From Gammaproteobacteria bacterium (lineage in GTDB: Bacteria; Pseudomonadota; Gammaproteobacteria; GCA-2400775), in contig JAESQP010000144.1 in assembly GCA_016765075.1 (NCBI GenBank), positions 1 through 43,311 on the forward strand: a DNA stretch of 43,311 nt. Reading direction: 5' to 3'. The notes below the pieces were generated by a model. The model did no database searches and was not told the DNA's origin. It saw only the letters and a program-made list of their open reading frames with translations. This document shows, piece after piece, positions 18,480-28,536 of the stretch. Position 1 is the stretch's first letter. Every line of letters starts with the position of its first letter. The translations under genes were made by a program, and so were the position numbers.

Positions 18480-19703
18480 ATGACAGCAGTTCCAGATAAC
18501 ACGAATGTAATCCCCGCCGATTGGCCTCAGCCAAACCCGGATGCCATAGCGCACAGTGCAGCCCTGGTTGATGTGATCAAAGCAGATATCAAGGCACAAG
18601 GCGGTATCATTGATTTCGCGCGCTATATGCAGAACGCCCTTTATGCACCCGGCTTAGGATATTATACCGCTGGCGCCAACAAGTTTGGCCCGGCAGGTGA
18701 TTTTATTACTGCACCGGAGGTTTCGCCTTTATTCGGTCGTTGTGTCGCGCGGCAATGCCAACAAGCCTTGTTAGCTCTGCCAAAAACAGATGATGGCAGC
18801 ATACTGGAGGTGGGTGCAGGTTCGGGTAAGTTGGCGCGTGATATTTTGTTAGAACTAACCTCACTGGATTGTTTGCCTTCGCGTTATTTTATTTTAGAAA
18901 GTAGCGCCGATCTACGCCAGCGTCAGCAAGCTTTATTGCAAGATAGCGTGGCAGATTATTTTCACCGTATTGAGTGGCTTGACGCCTTACCAACAACGCC
19001 ATTTTCAGGAGTTGTACTGGCTAACGAATTTTTAGATGCACTGCCAGCAAACAGATTAATAAAAAGTGATGATCAATTTCAAGAGCTGGGTGTCGTTGTC
19101 GAAAACGGCTGTTTGCAATACAAGAAACTAAAAGCAGAAACCATAGCGACGAGTATATTGCAGCAACGTCTCGAACCCTTGTCCATCGAATTTGATACCG
19201 GTTATATCGCTGAACTTTGTCTGGAAATGGATGGCTGGATAGCAAGCCTTGCCGCATGTTTGCAGCAAGCACTGGTATTATTCATTGACTATGGTAGTGC
19301 ACGCCATGAGTACTATCATCCACAGCGTGTACAAGGCAGCTTGCGTTGCCATTATCGTCATAGAGCGCATGATGCCCCTTTTGTTTATCCTGGCTTACAG
19401 GATATTACCGCGCATGTTGATTTTACTGCGGTGGCAGAAGCCGCAATAGATAATCAACTGGACGTGCTGGGTTATACCAACCAAGCTTATTTTCTTATGT
19501 CGTGCGGCCTCACTGAAAATGTTGATATGGAGTCAGCGACGGATGTCGAGCGTGTGGAGATAGCGCAACAAATTCGCCGTTTAACCTTGCCAGGTGAAAT
19601 GGGTGAGACCTTTAAGGTAATGGCGCTGGGACGTGACTTGCCTGATGATTTGTTGGTTGGTTTGCTGGGTTTTTCTATGCGTGATCTACGTGGAAATTTA
19701 TAG
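18480..19703 (+). CDS. SAM-dependent methyltransferase, DUF185 / NDUFAF7-like (COG1565)
   Basis: FITAPEVSPLFG and EVGAGSGKLARDIL. I start it at ATG 18480, because the ORF-track start at 18306 overlaps the divergent SDR gene. Confidence 0.75.
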   Translation: MTAVPDNTNVIPADWPQPNPDAIAHSAALVDVIKADIKAQGGIIDFARYMQNALYAPGLGYYTAGANKFGPAGDFITAPEVSPLFGRCVARQCQQALLALPKTDDGSILEVGAGSGKLARDILLELTSLDCLPSRYFILESSADLRQRQQALLQDSVADYFHRIEWLDALPTTPFSGVVLANEFLDALPANRLIKSDDQFQELGVVVENGCLQYKKLKAETIATSILQQRLEPLSIEFDTGYIAELCLEMDGWIASLAACLQQALVLFIDYGSARHEYYHPQRVQGSLRCHYRHRAHDAPFVYPGLQDITAHVDFTAVAEAAIDNQLDVLGYTNQAYFLMSCGLTENVDMESATDVERVEIAQQIRRLTLPGEMGETFKVMALGRDLPDDLLVGLLGFSMRDLRGNL

Positions 19704-19845
19704 CGGCGATGAGTTGATGATCTAGAGGCTATTGTCTCGTTGTCATGCTCCAGTGTGGCAACGCATGGGTGAGCCAAGTGTATAGTTCAATATGGGTTCC
19801 TACGGAGGATCGTGGGAACCAGAAACCTATACCAGGTATTGCAAT

Positions 19846-20349
19846 GTGAAGAGCCTAACAATTGTGCGTCATGCTAAGGCAGGGTGGGGCAAACAAACAC
19901 AGGATGATTTCCAGCGGTCGTTGAATGAGCGAGGGTTTCGCGACAGCGCTGATATGGCGCAGCGATTATTAGTACAAGGCTTGGCTCCACAGAAAATAGT
20001 GACCAGCCCTGCGCTGCGTGCGATCACCACAGCGCGACGATTTGCGGATACCTTTGGGCTAGAGCCCGCATTACTTACGACAGACCATAGTATCTATGAG
20101 GCAAGCAGTGATAATTTGCATGATGTTGTGTGGGGCTTAAGCGATGACTATAACGACATAATGTTAGTTGGGCATAACCCGGGCTTGTCGGATTTGGTGC
20201 GCTCTTTGGCCTCGCAAATGATTGACGAGTTAGCGACCTGTGAAGTGGTGATATTACAGTTTGACTGTGAGGCATGGCATAAAATTGATGCGCATTCAGG
20301 TCGTCTTTCTTTTAACGATGCACCACGTAAACACAATAATATTGGTTGA
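19846..20349 (+). CDS. Histidine-phosphatase-family protein, SixA-like
   Basis: LTIVRHAKAG (RHG-type motif) and VGHNPGLSDL. GTG 19846 places the motif at the usual N-terminal distance; the ORF-track ATG is at 19792. Confidence 0.7.
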   Translation: MKSLTIVRHAKAGWGKQTQDDFQRSLNERGFRDSADMAQRLLVQGLAPQKIVTSPALRAITTARRFADTFGLEPALLTTDHSIYEASSDNLHDVVWGLSDDYNDIMLVGHNPGLSDLVRSLASQMIDELATCEVVILQFDCEAWHKIDAHSGRLSFNDAPRKHNNIG

Positions 20350-20353
20350 TGAT

Positions 20354-20439
20354 TAATTGCATTGAAAACGTAACCTAACAGCATGATAAACTTTTAGTAG
20401 TAAGATTATATTCCATCAATGAATTAGAGGCTCCCTAGA
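20354..20439. repeat. Mini palindromic element / solo terminus immediately upstream of ppk
   Basis: TAATTGCATTGA (20354-20365) is an inverted repeat of TCAATGAATTA (20416-20426). AGAGGCTCCCTAG (20426-20438) is identical to the reverse complement of 43293-43305 and is followed by A and then the GTG start. Confidence 0.5.
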
Positions 20440-22593
20440 GTGAAAGGTAATACGCAAAGTAGCGCGAAAAACCCCACTGTAAAATATTTTGTCGAAAAGG
20501 AAGTGAGTTGGCTTTATTTCAATGAAAGAGTTTTGCAGGAAACGCGTGATCGCAGTGTGCCTATTATTGAACGTATACGGTTGCTTGGTATTGTATCGAA
20601 CAACTTAGATGAATTTTTCCGCGTTCGTGTTGCCGATGTGCGTCGCCGTATCTTGCTGGAAGATGCGCAACACATGACGCAATCCATCGCTGCCAAGCTG
20701 TTAAGAAAATTACAGCGGCAAATTGTTAAGTTGCAAGAAGATTACAATCAAATTTATAGAGAGTTGTTTGCCGAACTTAAAAAGCATCATATTTATTTTT
20801 TAACAGAGCAAGATTTAAGCGACGGTCAGCGTCGTTATTTACGCACCTACTTTAGAGAATCGATTTTGCCTGTGTTGGCACCTGTTATGTTGGGCGAGGG
20901 TAGTCAGTTACCCACCTTGTCAGAGCAATTGATGTACCTTGCGTTGAAAATTGATTACCTTGATAAGGGCCCGCGTAACAAACCCTATGCGGTGCTTGAA
21001 GTGCCGACGGATAAATTGCCGCGCTTTATTCAAATTCCCAGTCAACGATCAAAGCGTATCAAGCGCTTGATTATGCTTGATGATGTATTGCGCATTGGCA
21101 TTGAAGAAATTTTTACAGGATTAATTGATTTTCAATCGATCAGTGTCTACACCATTAAGTTGACGCGCGATGCTGAGTTGACGATTGGTGATGGTATTAC
21201 GCAAAGTTTTCTCGATAAAATGTCTTATAGCCTGAAGGGGCGGCATGCAGCGCAGCCAACACGATTAATGTATGAGCGTGGCATGCCTAAATCGATGATT
21301 GATTTTTTTGTCAAGCAACTCAACCTTTCTGAATATGACAGTGTCACACCGGGCGAGAGGTATCATAATTTTAAAGATTTTATGAGCTTCCCTAACCTTG
21401 GGTCACGATATTTAGAGTATAAACCACTTTCACCCATAGCGTGTTCTGCCATCGATGCTGAGATAACTACGTTTGATGCAATTAAAAAATCAGATGTATT
21501 TTTGTACTATCCTTACCAAAGCTTTTCTTATTTCACCAATTTTTTACGTGAAGCAGCGATTGATTCACGGGTAACGGAAATCCGTATTTCTATTTACCGC
21601 GTAGCGACTGAATCCCGTGTTATGAATTCACTGATCAATGCGGCACAAAATGGTAAGGCGGTGCATGTGATTGTTGAGTTGCAAGCACGTTTTGATGAAA
21701 AGGCGAATATTCAATGGGCGCAGCAGCTGACCGAATCAGGGGTAAAAGTTTCTTTTGGTATTCAGGGTCTGAAATTTCATTCAAAGATTTGTTTGATTAA
21801 ACGCATTGAAGGTGGTATTGAGACTAGCTATGCAGTGGTTGGTACAGGGAACTTTCATGAAAAAACGGCACGCGTTTATACCGATTTTGCTATATTCACC
21901 ACCAAGCCTGAAATCACAGCTGAAGTGGCAAAAGTATTCGAATTTTCAGCCAACAGCTATCGTCGTTTTGATTTCAAACATTTGTTAGTGTCGCCCATTA
22001 ATTTTCGTCAACAGTTGCGCAGTAAAATAGATGTTGAAATGGCTAATGCCCAAGCTGGTAAGCAGGCATGGATATTTATTAAAGTGAATAACCTTTCTGA
22101 TCCCGAATTAATTGATAAGCTTTATGCAGCGAGCCGCGTCGGCGTTAAGATAAAAATTATTGCCCGCTCTATTTGTTCGCTAGTACCAAAAGTCAAAGGT
22201 GTTAGCGACAATATCGAGGCGATTAGTATTGTTGGGCGGTTTCTCGAGCATTCACGCGTTTATGTTTTTGCTAATGATGATGACCCAAGTGTGTATATTA
22301 GTTCAGGCGATATGATGTCACGAAATATCGACCATCGTGTCGAGGTGAGTCTGCCTGTTTACGATAAAGAAATTAAGCGTCGAATTATTGATATTTTGCG
22401 TTTGCAATCTAATGACAATTGTCGTGCGCGCATTCTTGATGTGGCGCATAGTAATGCCTACGTTGCCAGAGGGAACCGCCGCAAAGTTGATTCGCAAATA
22501 GCTATTCATGCGTATCTCTTGGCCGCGGAATCAGGGCGTGGACAGCAAGCGATAAAATCGTTGCTAGATAAGCGCCGCACATCACTGATATAA
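20440..22593 (+). CDS. ppk: Polyphosphate kinase 1
   Basis: 717 aa, GTG start. KEVSWLYFNERVLQE, RYHNFKDF, and PLD-like motifs GLKFHSKICLI and FLEHSRVYVF. Colinear with E. coli PPK. Confidence 0.97.
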   Translation: MKGNTQSSAKNPTVKYFVEKEVSWLYFNERVLQETRDRSVPIIERIRLLGIVSNNLDEFFRVRVADVRRRILLEDAQHMTQSIAAKLLRKLQRQIVKLQEDYNQIYRELFAELKKHHIYFLTEQDLSDGQRRYLRTYFRESILPVLAPVMLGEGSQLPTLSEQLMYLALKIDYLDKGPRNKPYAVLEVPTDKLPRFIQIPSQRSKRIKRLIMLDDVLRIGIEEIFTGLIDFQSISVYTIKLTRDAELTIGDGITQSFLDKMSYSLKGRHAAQPTRLMYERGMPKSMIDFFVKQLNLSEYDSVTPGERYHNFKDFMSFPNLGSRYLEYKPLSPIACSAIDAEITTFDAIKKSDVFLYYPYQSFSYFTNFLREAAIDSRVTEIRISIYRVATESRVMNSLINAAQNGKAVHVIVELQARFDEKANIQWAQQLTESGVKVSFGIQGLKFHSKICLIKRIEGGIETSYAVVGTGNFHEKTARVYTDFAIFTTKPEITAEVAKVFEFSANSYRRFDFKHLLVSPINFRQQLRSKIDVEMANAQAGKQAWIFIKVNNLSDPELIDKLYAASRVGVKIKIIARSICSLVPKVKGVSDNIEAISIVGRFLEHSRVYVFANDDDPSVYISSGDMMSRNIDHRVEVSLPVYDKEIKRRIIDILRLQSNDNCRARILDVAHSNAYVARGNRRKVDSQIAIHAYLLAAESGRGQQAIKSLLDKRRTSLI

Positions 22594-22607
22594 GGCTTGA
22601 ATAAAAT

Positions 22608-24122
22608 ATGAGTAGTGGTCGCGTCGCTGCATTAGACTTGGGTTCTAATAGTTTTCATTTGCTTATAGCAAGAATTGATAGCGATAAAATCCGTTATCTT
22701 GATCGCCACAAAGAAGTGGTGAGGCTGGCGGAAGGGCTTGACGATAAAAATCGTTTAAGAGACGAAGTCGCAGATCGTGCGTTTGCTGCATTACACCGCT
22801 TTGCAGAAATTATTGACGGTATTGAGGCAGATTCAGTGCGCGTAGCGGGCACCAATACTCTACGCACTATGCGCAATGGTGATAAATTTCTGGAAAAAGC
22901 CGAATCAATTTTAGGCGTGCCGATCAATATTATTAGTGGTATTGAAGAAGCACGTCTTATTTATCTTGGTGTTACACAAGATTTGGCGCCGAGCGATGAA
23001 CGTCGTCTGGTTGTTGATATTGGCGGTGGTTCCACCGAGTTAATCGTTGGCAAGGGGCTCGCGCCAAAGCGGTTAGAAAGTGTGTATATGGGTTGCGTTG
23101 TTTACAGTGGCCGTTTCTTTAAAAACAAAAAAATTAGCCAGGAAAGTTATGATAAGGCCTTGCGTGCAGCACGACGAGAATTACGCGCCCATGCTGACAA
23201 ATTTTCAGCAGAAAATTGGGGTGAAGCCGTAGGCTCTTCGGGAACCATTCGTACGGTTGGCGAAATAGTTAATCACAATTGGCCCGATGAGCATGATATT
23301 ACGCTGCGTGGCTTAGAGAAACTAGCCAAGAGACTGGTTAAGTCTGGTCATGCTGACGCCATTGATTTGGCCGGTTTAAAAGAAGATAGGCGTCCTGTAA
23401 TTGCGGGCGGCGTGGCCATCTTGCATGCAGTTTTCCTTGAGCTGGGTATAGAGCGCATGCAGGTTTCCAGCTACGCGATGAAGGAAGGGATTATTCATGA
23501 TTTGGCTGGTCGTGTTCGTCATTCCGATGCGCGTGATATTACGGCTGCTAATATGATGGCTAATTATCACGTTGATAGCGCTCAAGCTAAGCAGGTTGAA
23601 CATCATGCTTTGGCCTTGCTGAAATTGGTTAAAGTCGAGCTAGGGGTGAGAGTAAAGCTGGCCAAGCAACTACTCGCATGGGCAGCCAAATTACACGAGA
23701 TTGGTTTGACCATTTCACATAGTGGTTTTCAAAAGCACGGTGCTTATATTATTTTAAATGCTGACATGTTGGGCTTCTCTAAGCTTGAGCAAAAGCAAAT
23801 TAGTTTTCTGGTGCTCAATCAGCGGCGGCGTTTACGTGCAGTGGCAGAAAGTTATCACTTTACTGCTGATTGGGTATTGGTACTTGTCTTTCGTTTAGCC
23901 TGTTTGTTTTGTCGTTCACGCCAAAATAGTGATCTGCCAGAGATTCAGTTTAAAACAAGTAAAAAGAAATTTACTCTGAAAATTGATGATGAATGGTTGG
24001 CACAACACCCATTAACCCGAGAAGACCTTGAGGCTGAAAGTCATTATTGGCTGAGCCAGGATATACAGTTCAAACTGTCGTTACTTTCTGATAGTGGTGA
24101 ATCTGGCCAGCAGAAAAAGTAG
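22608..24122 (+). CDS. ppx: Exopolyphosphatase (Ppx/GppA family)
   Basis: 504 aa. AALDLGSNSFHLLIARI and VVDIGGGSTELIVG. Directly follows ppk. Confidence 0.93.
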   Translation: MSSGRVAALDLGSNSFHLLIARIDSDKIRYLDRHKEVVRLAEGLDDKNRLRDEVADRAFAALHRFAEIIDGIEADSVRVAGTNTLRTMRNGDKFLEKAESILGVPINIISGIEEARLIYLGVTQDLAPSDERRLVVDIGGGSTELIVGKGLAPKRLESVYMGCVVYSGRFFKNKKISQESYDKALRAARRELRAHADKFSAENWGEAVGSSGTIRTVGEIVNHNWPDEHDITLRGLEKLAKRLVKSGHADAIDLAGLKEDRRPVIAGGVAILHAVFLELGIERMQVSSYAMKEGIIHDLAGRVRHSDARDITAANMMANYHVDSAQAKQVEHHALALLKLVKVELGVRVKLAKQLLAWAAKLHEIGLTISHSGFQKHGAYIILNADMLGFSKLEQKQISFLVLNQRRRLRAVAESYHFTADWVLVLVFRLACLFCRSRQNSDLPEIQFKTSKKKFTLKIDDEWLAQHPLTREDLEAESHYWLSQDIQFKLSLLSDSGESGQQKK

Positions 24123-24148
24123 ACGTTTTCTGCTGAGAAGTGAGGGCA

Positions 24149-24440
24149 GGGGGTGTTAACAATCATTTTAATAGTCCTGCCAGTGCGCATTTTTTATCCA
24201 GCAAGGCGGAGCGAGCGCAGTGTGGTTGGCCCACATAAGCGAACGACAACGCTGCTGGGTGAAAAATGCGCACTGGCCCTTCGGGTTGCATCTGAAAAAG
24301 CGCCATACTGCGTTGTTCATCGCTCATTTGGAACCACCAAACCTCTCTTCTCTCGCCTTGTACCCCAAGGGCACTTCTTGCGGGGCGTCTGGCGCTTTTT
24401 CAGATGCAACAGGATTATTAAAATGATTGTTAACACCCCC
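24149..24440. repeat. 292-bp MITE-like element with perfect 25-bp terminal inverted repeats, between convergent ppx and lipA
   Basis: GGGGGTGTTAACAATCATTTTAATA (24149-24173) is the perfect complement of 24416-24440, and 31 bp pair with one mismatch. Two internal long hairpins: 24180-24195 / 24262-24276, and 24285-24304 / 24391-24410 (perfect 20 bp). The core TACCCCAAGGGCAC (24361-24374) also occurs at 13279-13292. Confidence 0.9.
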
Positions 24441-25453
24441 TAGGCGATGGCTTCCCCTGCCGCTTGTTGATCAGCATGGTAAGACGAACGGACTAATGGA
24501 CCGCTGGCAACATTACTAAAGCCAAGTTTTTCGCCAATTTTTCTTAGCTCCTCAAACTCGTCAGGGTGAACAAAGCGCTCAACAGCTAAATGATGTTTGC
24601 TCGGCTGTAAGTACTGGCCTAATGTCAGCATGTCGCAATCATGGGCGCGAAGGTCGCGCATCACTTCAACAACTTCTTCAATGCTTTCGCCAAGACCGAG
24701 CATAAGCCCAGACTTGGTTGCAATATTTGGATACAGTGCTTTGAAGCGTTTAATGAGATTCAGTGACCAGGCATAATCAGAGCCGGGCCGTACGGCTTTA
24801 TACAGACGTGGAATGGTTTCTAAATTATGGTTAAAAACATCGGGTAGTGACTGCTTGAGAATGTCTAAGGCTCGGTCCATGCGGCCACGAAAATCGGGCA
24901 CCAATACTTCAATTTTAGTCTTTGGTGATTGTTGACGAATGGCATCGATACATTGCACAAAGTGTCCAGCGCCACCATCGCGTAAATCATCACGGTCAAC
25001 CGATGTTACGACGACATAATTCAATGTCATGGCTTTAATAGTGCGCGCAAGATTGTCGGGTTCATCAGGGTCTAGGGAATTAGGTCGGCCATGACCGACA
25101 TCGCAAAACGGACAGCGACGGGTGCAGATATCACCCATAATCATAAAGGTCGCTGTACCCTGACTAAAACATTCGCCTAAATTTGGGCACGATGCTTCTT
25201 CACACACAGTATGCAAACGGTTTTCACGCAGAATAGATTTAAGCCGAATAACCTCTGGCAGGTTGGGTGCACGGGCACGAATCCAGCTCGGCTTACGCAC
25301 CATAGTCGTTGTTGGCACGACCTTGATAGGGATGCGCGCGACCTTGTCAGCACCTCTTAGTAGAACACCTTTTTTCTTGTCTAGTAGTTTGCTGTCTTGG
25401 CGTCTATTGTCAGCGCGCTTATTTTCAGTGGTTGTGTGGCTGGGCATAGTCAT
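24440..25453 (-). CDS. lipA: Lipoyl synthase
   Basis: 337 aa. [12 protein letters not shown] and the radical-SAM motif CTRRCPFC. The stop codon overlaps the element terminus by 1 nt. Confidence 0.97.
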   Translation of the reverse strand: MTMPSHTTTENKRADNRRQDSKLLDKKKGVLLRGADKVARIPIKVVPTTTMVRKPSWIRARAPNLPEVIRLKSILRENRLHTVCEEASCPNLGECFSQGTATFMIMGDICTRRCPFCDVGHGRPNSLDPDEPDNLARTIKAMTLNYVVVTSVDRDDLRDGGAGHFVQCIDAIRQQSPKTKIEVLVPDFRGRMDRALDILKQSLPDVFNHNLETIPRLYKAVRPGSDYAWSLNLIKRFKALYPNIATKSGLMLGLGESIEEVVEVMRDLRAHDCDMLTLGQYLQPSKHHLAVERFVHPDEFEELRKIGEKLGFSNVASGPLVRSSYHADQQAAGEAIA

Positions 25454-26096
25454 TCAATGTCGTAGGATTGCTATCGATTAGCCTCTCAGTGTAACCGAAA
25501 ACCTGTTGAATTTGGTTGCAAAGGGCATCACTAGCACTGCCCAGAGAGTGCTCGGTGGTAAAGTTGCTGAGCTGGGTGACAGCAAGACCGGCATAACCGC
25601 AGGGGTTAATACGTGAAAAGGGCGATAGATCCATATCGATATTGAGGCTGAAGCCATGATAAGCACAATGTCGACGAATACGCAGGCCAAGTGCTGCAAT
25701 CTTTTGCTTATTGACATAAATGCCGGGCGCGTCAGCACGACGCACACCCTCAATTGCATTATTGGCGAGAAAATTAATTAAGGCCTGTTCGATAGCACCA
25801 ACAAATTGTTTAACACCTAGATCAAGGCGCTTTAAATCAAACAGGGTGTAGCCAATAAGTTGGCCAGGGCCGTGGTAGGTTACCTGGCCGCCACGATCAC
25901 TGCGCAGTAACGGGATGTCGCCAGCGTTTAAGACATGTTCTTTTTTGCCCGCACGACCCAAGGTGAAGACAGCTTGGTGTTCAGTTAACCAAAGTTCATC
26001 GCAGGTGTTGTCGTTACGCTCGGCAGTAAAGACCTGCATTGCCTTGAGCATGTCACTATAGTCGCTGACGCCAAAATGGCGACAAATCAGTTTCAT
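25425..26096 (-). CDS. lipB: Octanoyltransferase
   Basis: 223 aa. [22 protein letters not shown] and NPCG. Confidence 0.95.
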   Translation of the reverse strand: MKLICRHFGVSDYSDMLKAMQVFTAERNDNTCDELWLTEHQAVFTLGRAGKKEHVLNAGDIPLLRSDRGGQVTYHGPGQLIGYTLFDLKRLDLGVKQFVGAIEQALINFLANNAIEGVRRADAPGIYVNKQKIAALGLRIRRHCAYHGFSLNIDMDLSPFSRINPCGYAGLAVTQLSNFTTEHSLGSASDALCNQIQQVFGYTERLIDSNPTTLNDYAQPHNH

Positions 26097-26105
26097 TCGA
26101 TGTTC

Positions 26106-26378
26106 CTAAAGTGTCATCATGACATCACTGTGTTTATTAAAAGCCAGGTAGAGATCATCAAGCTGTTGCCGATTCTGTGCCTTTATGGTGACAGTGATTG
26201 AGACAAAGCGCGTCTCTTTACTATGACGTTCAGTGATAGCTATTTGGTGTTCAGTGAGGACATATTGCTTAACGATATGCTCGATGGATTCACGCAGTGA
26301 GCAGACATTTTTACCCATCACCTTAAGCGGGAATTCACACGGGAATTGTAGGCCGAGTTTTTCATCGCTGTTGGTCAT
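26106..26378 (-). CDS. ybeD: DUF493 protein YbeD
   Basis: 90 aa. FPCEFPLKVMG. Conserved position upstream of lipB. Confidence 0.85.
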   Translation of the reverse strand: MTNSDEKLGLQFPCEFPLKVMGKNVCSLRESIEHIVKQYVLTEHQIAITERHSKETRFVSITVTIKAQNRQQLDDLYLAFNKHSDVMMTL

Positions 26379-26382
26379 GCTG

Positions 26383-27237
26383 TTAGCTGTTGCTACTCAG
26401 TGTTTTTTTAAATTGATTGAACAGGTCTTGCATGTGTTGGCACAGGGGACCGGTTTGACCATTGCTGACTAATTTCCCATTGAGCTCGATGACTGGTGCG
26501 ACTTCTTTCGTTGCACTGGTCAGCCAAATTTCATCAGCGTTTAATAGTTCTTGTTGGCTGATGTTTGTTTCAGCTATATCCAAGTGATTTTTTTCTGCAA
26601 TTTCAATGACGATCTCACGAGTTATTCCTGGTAAGATGTGATTGCTTTTTTTGGGGGTGATAATTTTATTATGTTTTACAATAAAAACATTGCTGGCAGC
26701 ACCTTCAGTCAGCGTGTCGTTACGCAGTAAAATTGCCTCATGGCAGCCCACGTCGACTGCCTGTTGACGTAATAATAAATTTCCCAGTAAGGCGGTTGAT
26801 TTGATATGGCACCATTGCCAACGAATATCTTCCAAGGTTATTGCTTTTACCGGCGACTGTTGTGAAGGCGGCAATGGTTTGCTCATGGCAAATACGGTTG
26901 CTGCACAGGTTGCTGGAAAGGCATGGTCACGGTCAGCCACGCCACGTGTAACTTGCAAGTAAAGCGATTGATCTTCTGATTGATTTTTTTTGATCAGCTG
27001 ATTCAGCAGTGTGCACCACTGTTTATGAGAACAGGGATTAGCTAAACGTATCGCTTTTAAGCTGTTGCCGAGTCGTTGTAGATGAGCGTCAAGACGAAAG
27101 GCCTGGCCACCGTAGACAGGGATCACTTCATAAATGCCATCGCCAAAGACAAAACCACGATCCAACGGTGAAATGCTTACTTCTGACAGCGGTAAAAATT
27201 TGCCATTGATGTAGGCGGTCGATGTGGCATCCATCAT
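26383..27237 (-). CDS. Class-IV aminotransferase, D-amino-acid (D-alanine) transaminase-like
   Basis: 284 aa. RGFVFGDGIYEV, IKSTALLGNLL (PLP-lysine context) and EGAASNVFIV. Confidence 0.75.
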   Translation of the reverse strand: MMDATSTAYINGKFLPLSEVSISPLDRGFVFGDGIYEVIPVYGGQAFRLDAHLQRLGNSLKAIRLANPCSHKQWCTLLNQLIKKNQSEDQSLYLQVTRGVADRDHAFPATCAATVFAMSKPLPPSQQSPVKAITLEDIRWQWCHIKSTALLGNLLLRQQAVDVGCHEAILLRNDTLTEGAASNVFIVKHNKIITPKKSNHILPGITREIVIEIAEKNHLDIAETNISQQELLNADEIWLTSATKEVAPVIELNGKLVSNGQTGPLCQHMQDLFNQFKKTLSSNS

Positions 27238-27254
27238 AGATTTATAGAGTGGCT

Positions 27255-28442
27255 TTATTCAAAAAATAATAAGACAGTATCCTTGAGTCGTTGGATTAAG
27301 CCACCTTCGGTGTGGTCATCCAATGCAATCAAGGGTTGCTCGGCGAGGGTCTTATCACCAAAGGTAATAATGGCAGTGCCAAGTGTCACGCCTTTGCCAA
27401 TGGGTGCAACGATTTGTTCTTGCACCTGAATAGTGGTTGACAGTGCATCATCTTGGCCACGCGGAATAGTGACATAGATATCTTCGCTGACACCTATATT
27501 AATTTCACTGCGATTACCTTTCCACAGCCTACTCGTAGACAACGTTTCATTGGCAGTATAGAGAAGTCGTGTTTCATAGAAACGATAGCCATAATTCAGC
27601 AGTTTTTGACTTTCTCGTGTACGGGCATTAGGACTCTTGGCACCCAATACGACGGAGATAAGTCGCATGTCATCACGCAACGCCGAGGTCACTAAGCAAT
27701 AGCCCGCTGAATTGGTATAACCTGTTTTGACGCCATCGACGGTATCATCGCGCCACAATAATTTATTGCGATTAGGCTGGGTGATATCGTTATAGGTGAA
27801 CTCTTTTTGTGAATACCAAGCATAATAAGTAGGGAAATTGGCGATCAGTGCGCGTGTCAAAATCGCCAGATCGGTAGCCGTGGTGTAGTGTTCTTTGCTG
27901 GGTAAGCCGGAAGCATTTTTAAAATTGGAGCCGGTCATGCCGAGCAACTTTGCTTCGTGATTCATCAGGTTGGCAAAGGCGTCTTCGGTGCCGGCAATAT
28001 GCTCGGCCAAGGCAACAGTGGCATCGTTGCCTGATTGAACGATCATACCTTGAAGCAGGTTTTCTACGCTGACCCTGGAGTTGACTTCGACGAACATACG
28101 CGAGCCGCCAGTGCGCCAAGCGGTTTCACTGATAAGTACTTCATCAGCGAGTGCGAGATTGTCTCTTTCCAGTTCGGCGAAGACAATATAGGCCGTCATC
28201 AGTTTTGTCAGACTGGCAGGCTCGAGTCTTTCAGTAGCGTTGCTGCTGGTGAGGATCTTACCGGTATGAAAGTCTTGCAAAATATAGCCGCTAGCAGCCA
28301 CTGTAGGGGGTGCTGGAACAGGTCTTGGTGCCGCCTGGGTGGTTAGCGATATAGCGAGTAACAACGCGCTAGAGAGCAGCCCAACAAGATAAATACGATA
28401 CATTTCAGGGAAGGAAGAATTAAAAAACGTTTTTGTTAGCAT
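27255..28442 (-). CDS. D-alanyl-D-alanine carboxypeptidase (PBP5/6 family)
   Basis: 395 aa with a signal peptide. SLTK (SxxK), QSGN (SxN) and KTGYT (KTG). An alternative start exists at 28403. Confidence 0.92.
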   Translation of the reverse strand: MLTKTFFNSSFPEMYRIYLVGLLSSALLLAISLTTQAAPRPVPAPPTVAASGYILQDFHTGKILTSSNATERLEPASLTKLMTAYIVFAELERDNLALADEVLISETAWRTGGSRMFVEVNSRVSVENLLQGMIVQSGNDATVALAEHIAGTEDAFANLMNHEAKLLGMTGSNFKNASGLPSKEHYTTATDLAILTRALIANFPTYYAWYSQKEFTYNDITQPNRNKLLWRDDTVDGVKTGYTNSAGYCLVTSALRDDMRLISVVLGAKSPNARTRESQKLLNYGYRFYETRLLYTANETLSTSRLWKGNRSEINIGVSEDIYVTIPRGQDDALSTTIQVQEQIVAPIGKGVTLGTAIITFGDKTLAEQPLIALDDHTEGGLIQRLKDTVLLFFE

Positions 28443-28536
28443 GACTGTGTTGTGTGATCGTTGTGTTTATTGTCTATTCTAACGTGTCCTGGCGGGCACG
28501 TCTGGCTTGATTAATTAGGGCGACCTTAAGGCGTTG

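Noticed and set aside
24153-24443. 96-aa ORF that spans almost exactly the whole 292-bp palindromic element (and a 68-aa ORF at 24220-24426)
   Set aside because: It has a GTG start inside the terminal repeat, no SD, and a basic low-complexity translation. The palindromic sequence explains an open frame by itself, so I treat it as noncoding.
28443-28536. Weak hairpin ACGTGTCC...GGGCACGT between rlpA and the carboxypeptidase gene
   Set aside because: Only about 5 contiguous base pairs with a bulge, and no U-tract. It is not distinguishable from chance.
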